Shown here: positions 57,038 through 64,000 of the stretch, one piece after another
Numbering within the stretch: position 1 is the first letter of the stretch
Layout of the letters: each line of letters starts with the position of its first letter
Notes under the pieces: generated by a model
Told to the model about the DNA's origin: nothing
The model's database searches: none
The model's input: the letters and a program-made list of their open reading frames with translations, nothing else
Origin: an uncultured Bacillota bacterium
GTDB lineage: Bacteria > Sysuimicrobiota > Sysuimicrobiia > Sysuimicrobiales > Segetimicrobiaceae
Length of the DNA stretch: 64,000 nucleotides
Direction of reading: 5' to 3'
NCBI GenBank assembly: GCA_963804645.1
Contig: CAWDRG010000015.1
Span: 64,001 to 128,000 of the forward strand
Program-made: the position numbers and the translations under genes

Positions 57038-58328
57038 CGCGCCGCGCTCGGACCGCCCGCGGGTGGCGGTGCCGATCACGCCGGAGCACGTCGTCCGGCA
57101 GCGCCTCGCCAACGGCGCGATCGTGCTCGTGCGGGAGAGCCGCGCCGCGGCCGCGATGACCGTGCGCGGCTATCTGCGCGCGGGTGGGGCCTGCGACCCT
57201 GCGGGCCGCGAGGGCTTGGCGCTGCTGACCGCCTCGCTGCTGACCCGCGGCAGTGCCTCGCATACGTCTGAGAGCCTCGGCCTCGCGCTCGATTCGCTCG
57301 GCGCCACCCTCTCGGTGCGCGCAGACATCGAAGGGGTCTCGTTTTCCGTCCATTGCCTGGCGGAGGACGCGGGCGCGCTGCTCGATCTGCTCGCCGAGGT
57401 CCTCACCCAGCCGACCTTTCCCTCGGATGAGACCGAGAAGCAGCGGATGAAACTCATCACGGGAATCCGCGAGTCCCGCTACGACACCCGGGCCATGGCG
57501 GATAAGACGTTTCGCGCGGCGGCGTACCCGGACGAGCACCCGTACCATCGTCCCCTCGAAGGGGAGGAGGAGACGGTCGCGCCGCTCGTCCGTGAGGATC
57601 TCGCCGCGTTCCACCGCCGGTGGTACCATCCGAAGAGCGCCGTGTTTGCGATTGTCGGCGACGTGCGCGCGGCCGATGTCGTCGCCCGTCTCGACTTGGC
57701 GCTTGCCGGCTGGCGCGTGGGGCCGCCGCCCGACCTTCCGGCCGTTCCGGCCTCCGGACCGGCGCCGTCCGTGCAGCGGCGGACCGTCGCGCTGCCCGGC
57801 AAGACCCAGGCGGATATCGTGCTCGGCGTCCCCGGGTTTACGCGGAAAAGCCCGGACTATTACTCGGCGACGATGGCCGATTTGATCCTCGGCCGCCTCG
57901 GGCTGATGGGACGGCTCGGCGCGACGCTTCGCGACGAGGAAGGGCTGGCGTATTACGTGTACAGTCAGGCCCAGGCCGGGTTTCTCGCCGGGCCGTGGGC
58001 GGTGCGCGCCGGGGTCAATCCTAAGAACGTGGACCGTACTGTCACCGGGATCGTGCGCGAGATCCAGGGACTGCAGCGTGAACCCGTTCGCGGTGACGAG
58101 CTGCGGGATGCGCAGGAGTACGTCACGGGGTCGCTCGCCGTGCGGCTCGAGACGGACGCGGGGATCGCCCAGGCGCTGCTCGACATCGAGCTCTACGATC
58201 TCGGGTTGGACTATCTGCTGCGGTACCCGGGGCTGATCAGAGGCGTGACTCCGGACCAGATCGGCGCGGCGGCCCAGCGCTATTTGCGGTTGGACGGCTA
58301 TACGGTCGCGACCGCCGTGCCGGCGTGA
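57030..58328 (+). CDS. M16B protease, partner subunit lacking HxxEH
   Basis: LANG, L.RG, P.FP, LRDEEGLAYYVYS; overlaps the end of the active subunit. Confidence 0.88.
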   Translation: MPDAPRSDRPRVAVPITPEHVVRQRLANGAIVLVRESRAAAAMTVRGYLRAGGACDPAGREGLALLTASLLTRGSASHTSESLGLALDSLGATLSVRADIEGVSFSVHCLAEDAGALLDLLAEVLTQPTFPSDETEKQRMKLITGIRESRYDTRAMADKTFRAAAYPDEHPYHRPLEGEEETVAPLVREDLAAFHRRWYHPKSAVFAIVGDVRAADVVARLDLALAGWRVGPPPDLPAVPASGPAPSVQRRTVALPGKTQADIVLGVPGFTRKSPDYYSATMADLILGRLGLMGRLGATLRDEEGLAYYVYSQAQAGFLAGPWAVRAGVNPKNVDRTVTGIVREIQGLQREPVRGDELRDAQEYVTGSLAVRLETDAGIAQALLDIELYDLGLDYLLRYPGLIRGVTPDQIGAAAQRYLRLDGYTVATAVPA

Positions 58329-58458
58329 TCGGCGTCTTCGCAGGCCCGGCGGTTCCGCGTGACTGAGCGGTGCGGAGCGCAGGGCATCGCGTCATGAGGT
58401 CGGCCGACGCAGCGCGGCGCGCCGCGCATCGTCGGACGACCGTGCGAGGAGTGCCCGC

Positions 58459-59220
58459 GTGACGACGTCGTTCACGGTGACCGCGCTGCAGGGCCTGCCG
58501 GAGGTGCGGCCCGGGGCCTTGCTGCCCGACCTGATCGTGGCCGCCCTGCGAGAGCGGGGTCCGCGTCCGGAAGACGGCGACATTCTCGTCGTCGCCCAAA
58601 AGGTCGTCAGCAAGGCGGAAGGCAGCGTCGTCGATCTGCGCGAGGTCACGCCGAGCGCGGAGGCGCTGCGGCTCGCGGCGCCTGGCGGCAAGGACCCGCG
58701 TCTTGTCGAAGTGATCCTGCGCGAGTCCAAGCGTGTCGTGCGCGCGCAGGGGGGCGTGCTGATCACCGAGCACCATCTGGGATATATCTCGGCGAACGCC
58801 GGCGTGGACCACAGCAATGCCGGGATCGGACCCGAGGTGGTGACCCTCCTCCCGCGCGATCCGGATGCGTCGGCGCGCGCGCTGCGCGAGGCGGTGCGCG
58901 GCGCGTTCGGGGTGTCGGTGGCGGTGCTGGTGAACGACAGCCACGGCCGTCCGCATCGCGAGGGCGCCGTCGGCGTCTGCATCGGCGCCGCGGGCATCGA
59001 GCCGCTCGTGAGCCTGGTCGGCCGGCCGGATCGGCACGGGTACACGATGCGGACGTCCGTGGAAGCCGTCGCCGACGAACTGGCCGGTGCGGCCACCCTC
59101 GTGCAGGGTCAGTGTGACGAAGGGACGCCGGTGGCGCTGATCCGCGGTGTCGTTGTGCCGCTCGGGGACGGGAGCGCCGCGCAGCTGCTGCGGGATCCCT
59201 CGAAGGATCTGTTTCGGTAG
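58459..59220 (+). CDS. cofE: Coenzyme F420-0:L-glutamate ligase
   Basis: PEVRPG, VVAQKVVSKAEG, ANAGVD.SN, LLPRDPD.SA, DSHGRP.R.G, ADELA. Confidence 0.93.
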   Translation: MTTSFTVTALQGLPEVRPGALLPDLIVAALRERGPRPEDGDILVVAQKVVSKAEGSVVDLREVTPSAEALRLAAPGGKDPRLVEVILRESKRVVRAQGGVLITEHHLGYISANAGVDHSNAGIGPEVVTLLPRDPDASARALREAVRGAFGVSVAVLVNDSHGRPHREGAVGVCIGAAGIEPLVSLVGRPDRHGYTMRTSVEAVADELAGAATLVQGQCDEGTPVALIRGVVVPLGDGSAAQLLRDPSKDLFR

Positions 59221-59538
59221 GCTCCGCCCGGGACGACGTGCCGTCTCCCGGCGCGGATGGGATAGGTCCGACGACGCGGGCCGTTTCACCGGGACCGCGC
59301 GGCGGCCCCCCGCTCAGCTTCGGTCAAAAGTCCTGCCCAACGCCGAGGCGCGCGCGCCACGCGACCGAGGTCGCGACGTTTCCGTAGTCGTATGCTTCCC
59401 GCCCGGAGACGGGAACCAACACGGGCGCCGGGCGGCGCGTGACCGCCGCGTTACAGGTAGGAGATCGAGCGCTCGGGGGGAACTGCGACAGGGCGCGGTG
59501 GGGGGACGCCGCGGAGGAAGAGGAGAGCGAGCGGCGCA

Positions 59539-60273
59539 ATGCGGATCACGTTTCTCGGCAGCGGCGATGCGTTCAGCACGGGCGGGCGGTTTCACACGTG
59601 CATGCTGGTGGAGACGGAGGCGACACGGTTTCTGATCGACTGCGGGGGCTCGGCGATCACCGCGATCCAGCAGCGCGGCGTGGACACGAACACAATCGGG
59701 ACGATCGTGCTCACCCATCTGCACGGCGATCACTTCGGCGGTCTTCCCTACGTGCTGCTCGACGGTCAGTTCGACCGTCGGCGCACGGCGGGGCTGGTGA
59801 TTGCCGGGCCCCCGGCGTCGCGGTCGCGCATCGCCGCGATGATGGAGGCGCTGTATCCGGGCATGTGGGAGCGGACCTGGCGGTTTCCGATCGAGGTCGT
59901 CGAACTGGCCCCGCGCACGGCGTGGCAGTTCGATGCGGTGGCGGTCACGCCGTATGTTGTCGAGCACGCGCCCGAGTCGACGTGTCTCGCCCTGCGCATC
60001 GCGTGCGGGGGCACCACGATCGCGTACTCGGGAGACACGCAGTGGACGCCGGCGCTGGTGGAGGCGGCCCGGGGCACCGACCTGTTCGTCTGCGAGTGCA
60101 ACAGTTACGACCGGGCCATCCCGGGACACACGGACCTGCCGACGCTGGTCGCGCACCGGCGCGAGCTCGAGACGAAGCGTCTGATCCTCACGCATCTCGG
60201 GCCGGCGATGCTGGCCCACGCGGACACCCTGCCGTACGAGTACGCCGTCGACGGCCTGAGCGTCACGGTGTGA
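59539..60273 (+). CDS. MBL-fold metallohydrolase (RNase Z-like)
   Basis: FLGSGDAF, IDCG, THLHGDHFGG, YSGDT, LTH. Confidence 0.9.
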   Translation: MRITFLGSGDAFSTGGRFHTCMLVETEATRFLIDCGGSAITAIQQRGVDTNTIGTIVLTHLHGDHFGGLPYVLLDGQFDRRRTAGLVIAGPPASRSRIAAMMEALYPGMWERTWRFPIEVVELAPRTAWQFDAVAVTPYVVEHAPESTCLALRIACGGTTIAYSGDTQWTPALVEAARGTDLFVCECNSYDRAIPGHTDLPTLVAHRRELETKRLILTHLGPAMLAHADTLPYEYAVDGLSVTV

Positions 60274-60385
60274 GCGGTCCCCTGCCGCGACAGGACAACG
60301 CCCCCCGGTGCATAATGTCCGTGGCGGGGTGGCGCGGCGGGGCGCCCGGCGAGCCGGGGAGACGCCCCCGCGCGGGGAGGACGGG

Positions 60386-61384
60386 ATGAGCACGACCCAG
60401 ACGACGCTGCCGGCCGGCGAGACGCTGCCGCCCGACGGGCTGCTGGACCTGCTGTACTATATGCGGCTCCAGCGTGCCATCGAGGACCGCGGGATCAAGC
60501 TGTACTATCAGGGGCGCATTCCCGGCGCGTACTTCACGGGCTTCGGCCATGAAGCGACGGTCGTCGGCGCGGCGTATGCCCTCGGTCCGGACGACTTGCT
60601 GGCGCCGATGCACCGCGATCTCGCGGCGTACCTGATGCGCGGGATGACGGTCGGGCAGGTGTTCGCGCAGTTTCTCGATCGCGAAGGCGGGCCGACGCGC
60701 GGACGCGACGGCAACGTCCACATGGGAGACCCGAGGCGCGGCATCTTGCCGTTTATCAGCCACATGGCGGCCTCGGTCCCGGTGGCGGCCGGGATGGCGC
60801 TCGCGTGCCGCCAGCGCGGGGAGTCCCGTGTGGTGCTGACGTACTTCGGCGACGGGGCCACCAGCACCGGCGCATGGCACGAGGGCGTCAACTTCGCCGC
60901 GGTGTTCCGTCTCCCGCTCGTGCTGGTGCTCGAAAACAACCAGTACGCGTATTCGACGCCGCTCGCACGGCAGACCGCCGCCGGCGCCTTGGTCGACAAG
61001 GCCGCCGGCTACGGCATCCCCGGGGTGGCGGTGGACGGGAACGACGTGCTGGCCGTGTACGCGGCGTCTCGCGATGCGGTCGCGCGGGCGCGGGACGGCG
61101 GCGGGCCGACGCTGATCGAGTGCCGGACGATGCGCATGCGCGGGCACAGCGAGGCGGATACCTTCGCCTACGTGCCGGCGGAGGTACTGCGCGAGTGGGC
61201 GGCACGGGACCCGATCGCGCTGTTCGAGCGCCGGCTGTCCGGTGACGGCGTGCTGCCGCCCGAGGCGGACGCGGCGATGCGGGCGCGGATCGCGCGCGAG
61301 GTCGAGGCCGGTCTCGAGTGGGCCGAGGCGAGTCCCGAGCCCGCACCGTCGTCGGTGGCCGAAGGCGTCTTCGCGAGCGAGTGA
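60386..61384 (+). CDS. 2-oxoacid dehydrogenase E1 alpha subunit (ThDP-dependent)
   Basis: GHEA, HRD, GDGATS.G.WHE..N, ENNQYA, VDGND, RMRGHS..D. Confidence 0.93.
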   Translation: MSTTQTTLPAGETLPPDGLLDLLYYMRLQRAIEDRGIKLYYQGRIPGAYFTGFGHEATVVGAAYALGPDDLLAPMHRDLAAYLMRGMTVGQVFAQFLDREGGPTRGRDGNVHMGDPRRGILPFISHMAASVPVAAGMALACRQRGESRVVLTYFGDGATSTGAWHEGVNFAAVFRLPLVLVLENNQYAYSTPLARQTAAGALVDKAAGYGIPGVAVDGNDVLAVYAASRDAVARARDGGGPTLIECRTMRMRGHSEADTFAYVPAEVLREWAARDPIALFERRLSGDGVLPPEADAAMRARIAREVEAGLEWAEASPEPAPSSVAEGVFASE

Positions 61385-61394
61385 GGGCATGGGG

Positions 61395-62369
61395 ATGGCG
61401 CAGATGAACTATCTTGAGGCGATCCGCGACGCGCTGCTCGGAGAGATGCGGCGGGATCCCCGTGTGTTTGTCCTCGGCGAGGACGTCGGCGCTTACGGCG
61501 GCGCGTTCGGCATCACGAAAGGCTTTCTCGACGAGTTCGGGCCGTGGCGCGTCATCGACGGCCCGCTCGCAGAAACCGCGAACGTCGGCGCCGGGATCGG
61601 CGCCGCGGTGATGGGCATGCGTCCCGTGGTCGAGCTGCAATTCGCGGACTTCATTTCCGACGCGTTCACGCAGGTGGTGAACGTGGCGGCGAAGTTTCAC
61701 TGGCGCACCGGCACGGCGCTGCCGCTCGTTCTGCGCATGCCGTACGGGGGCGACGTGAAGGGTGGACCGTTCCACTCGCAGTGCATGGAGGCGTGGTTCG
61801 TGCACACGCCCGGCCTCAAGGTCGTCGCCCCCGCGTTTGCCGCGGACGCGAAGGGGCTGCTCACGGCGGCGATCCGCGATCCGAATCCGGTGATGTTTTT
61901 TGAGCATAAGCACCTCTACCGGTATGGCAGCGAGGAGGTGCCCGCGGGCGAGCACGTGACCCCCATCGGCCGCGCGCAGGTCGTCCGCGAGGGCACCGCC
62001 GTGTCGGTGTTTTCGTACGGGTGGATGCTGCGCAAGTGTCTCGACGCCGCCAGCGAGGCGGCGCGGGACGGGGTGTCGGTGGAGGTGGTGGATCTTCGCA
62101 GCCTGGCGCCGCTGGACCGTGAGACGATTCTCGCCTCGGTCCGGAAGACATCGAGGGCGCTCGTCGTGCACGAGGCGGTCCGTACCGGCGGCATCGGGGG
62201 CGAGGTCGCCGCGCTGATCGGCGAGGACGCGTTCGAGTCCCTCGACGCGCCCGTCGTGCGGTTGGCCAGCGAGGATGCGCCGGTGCCCCACAGTCCGGTG
62301 CTCGAAGCCGCGTTTCAGCCGACCGTGGGTGAGATCGCGGAGGCGATCCGCCGGCTGGCCGCCTACTGA
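61395..62369 (+). CDS. 2-oxoacid dehydrogenase E1 beta subunit
   Basis: GEDVG.YGGAF, ELQFADF, GPFHSQ, PGLKVV, FFEHK, VDLRSL.PLD, VHEA. Confidence 0.93.
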   Translation: MAQMNYLEAIRDALLGEMRRDPRVFVLGEDVGAYGGAFGITKGFLDEFGPWRVIDGPLAETANVGAGIGAAVMGMRPVVELQFADFISDAFTQVVNVAAKFHWRTGTALPLVLRMPYGGDVKGGPFHSQCMEAWFVHTPGLKVVAPAFAADAKGLLTAAIRDPNPVMFFEHKHLYRYGSEEVPAGEHVTPIGRAQVVREGTAVSVFSYGWMLRKCLDAASEAARDGVSVEVVDLRSLAPLDRETILASVRKTSRALVVHEAVRTGGIGGEVAALIGEDAFESLDAPVVRLASEDAPVPHSPVLEAAFQPTVGEIAEAIRRLAAY

Positions 62370-62404
62370 CGGCGGCGGGGCGACGCGCCGGACGGAGGGC
62401 GCAG

Positions 62405-63007
62405 ATGGACGACGCGGCGCTGTTCGAGTACCTGGCGGGATTGGAGCAGCGGGGGCGGGAGAACGACGCGCGCGAGACGGAGCGGTCCCGCCGCCTGCTG
62501 AATTGCGGGCCGGAGACCGGCCGGCTGCTTGCGATCCTCATTCGTGCGCTCGGCGCGCAGGACATCCTTGAACTCGGGACCTCCAACGGGTACTCGACCC
62601 TGTGGCTGGCGTGGGCCGCGTCGGCCACCGGCGGGCGTGTCACGACCGTCGATCACGCCGCCGACAAGATCGAGATGGCCCGGGAGAACCTCGAGCGCGT
62701 GGCGTTGGCCGACCGCGTGACGGTCGCCCACGGACAGATCGCGGACGTGCTGCGGGACCTGTCGGGTCCGGTCGACATGGTGTTCCTCGATGCGGACCGT
62801 CCGAATTACCTCGTGTATCTCGACCCGCTGCTGCGTCTGCTCCGCCCCGGCGGGCTGCTCGTCACCGACAACGTCGTGTCGCATGCGTCCGAGGTGAAGG
62901 AGTTCCTCGCCCGGCTGCGCGGCACCGAGGGCGTCGAGACCGTGACGCTGCCGGTCGGGAACGGCGTCGAGCTGACGTACCGGCGCGGAGGCGCGCCGCG
63001 GCCGTGA
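62405..63007 (+). CDS. Class I O-methyltransferase (CCoAOMT/COMT-like)
   Basis: ILELGTSNGYSTLW, FLDAD, LRPGGLLVTDN. Confidence 0.9.
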   Translation: MDDAALFEYLAGLEQRGRENDARETERSRRLLNCGPETGRLLAILIRALGAQDILELGTSNGYSTLWLAWAASATGGRVTTVDHAADKIEMARENLERVALADRVTVAHGQIADVLRDLSGPVDMVFLDADRPNYLVYLDPLLRLLRPGGLLVTDNVVSHASEVKEFLARLRGTEGVETVTLPVGNGVELTYRRGGAPRP

Positions 63008-63064
63008 CCGCGGCGACGCGGACGGTGCGCCGGGGCCACCGGGACTCCACGATCGCGCTCCCGG

Positions 63065-64000
63065 GTGTCCGCACGACAGCGTTCAAGCCCGAACCGGCAG
63101 CCCCGTCTGGACCTGCCGCGCTTTCTCGCGGAGACGCTGCGGCCGGACGGGGCGGATATTCCCTGGCCGGCGATGGCCATGGTGCTCGTGCTGGGCCGCC
63201 TCTGCGCGCCCAGCAGCGAACTACACTTGGCCGAGCACGTCTATGACGGGAGTGCGCTCCCGGACCTGTTGGGCGTGCCGGCGGCCAAGGTCAATGAGGA
63301 TCGACTGTACCGTGCGCTCGATCACCTGCTTCCGCACAAAGCGGCGCTGGAGCAACATCTCAAAGCCCGGCTCGGCGAGTTGTTCCAGGTCCAATACGAT
63401 CTGCTGCTCTACGATGTGACCTCGACTTACTTCGAAGGCGACGCCGCGAAGAATCCGCAGGCGCAGCGGGGCTACTCGCGCGATCACCGGCCCGATTGCA
63501 AACAAGTCAACTTGGCCTTGGTCGTGACGCGCGAGGGCCTGCCGCTAGGCTATGAACTCTTCGCCGGCAACAAGGCCGACGTGACCACGCTGCGCGAAAT
63601 CGTCACGCGAAGGGTGTTACGTGCTCCGCAGTAATCTCACCGACTGGGCCGCAGCAGATCTGTGGACCGCCTACATTCATCTGACCGACGCGGAAACCGC
63701 CTTCCGCATTCAAAAATCCGACCTGCAGCTCCGGCCGATTTGGCATCAAAAGGAAGCCCGCGTGCAGGCGCACATTCTCGTGTGCTTCCTCGCCTACGTG
63801 CTGTGGAAAACACTGGCGCGTTGGTGTCACGCCGTCGGCTTGGGCGACGAGCCGCGGAAGGTGCTCACTGAGCTCCACGCCATTCGCCTCGTCGACGTGG
63901 TGCTCCCGACCCGCACCGGCCTCGAGCTCCGCAAACGCTGCGTCAGCCGGCCGACCGAGCACCAAGCCCTTCTGCTCCAACAGCTCGGGCTGAGCCTCCC
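63065..64000 (+). mobile_element. Degenerate IS1634-family transposase (5'-truncated, internally deleted; runs off the window end)
   Basis: LLYDVTSTYFEG..GYSRDHRPDCKQV..LVVTREGLP; then from 63609 in another frame EGCYVLRSN..AETAFRIQKSDLQLRPIWHQKEARVQAHILVCFLAY. Confidence 0.9.

Noticed and set aside
59221..59538. 318-bp intergenic gap as an sRNA or small minus-strand ORF
   Set aside because: No recognisable RNA motif, convincing RBS/start or protein similarity.

Overview
High-GC bacterial chromosomal window, densely coding. The Firmicutes-like prfA-prmC-tsaC-glyA-upp synteny, F420 genes and UPF0182 suggest a Terrabacteria-type lineage; this taxonomy is inference only. Order of contents: (1) housekeeping block (prfA, prmC, tsaC, glyA, upp, dCMP deaminase, rplY, pth); (2) APC permease/USP/two TrkA module; (3) ECF sigma, zinc anti-sigma, an RseB/MucB-like protein fused to a polysaccharide deacetylase, and tatC; (4) catabolic genes (paaK, otnK/otnC variant); (5) a tandem triplet of paralogous secreted proteins resembling NTF2-fold immunity proteins; (6) directly upstream of the triplet on the same strand, a four-gene methyltransferase/flavoprotein/cyclase/ketosynthase cluster; (7) a ~16 kb peptide/N-acyl-amino-acid region (ABC transporter, CapA, two non-canonical M28 paralogues, NSAR/OSBS, GNAT, M42, M20); (8) a PEP-CTERM protein, M16 pair, cofE, E1 alpha/beta; (9) a decayed IS1634 at the right edge. 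Four genes carry small indels, mostly clustered at 15.6-18.4 kb, which may be assembly errors. No tRNA, rRNA or CRISPR array was recognised. All family calls come from motif recognition by eye, not from database searches.
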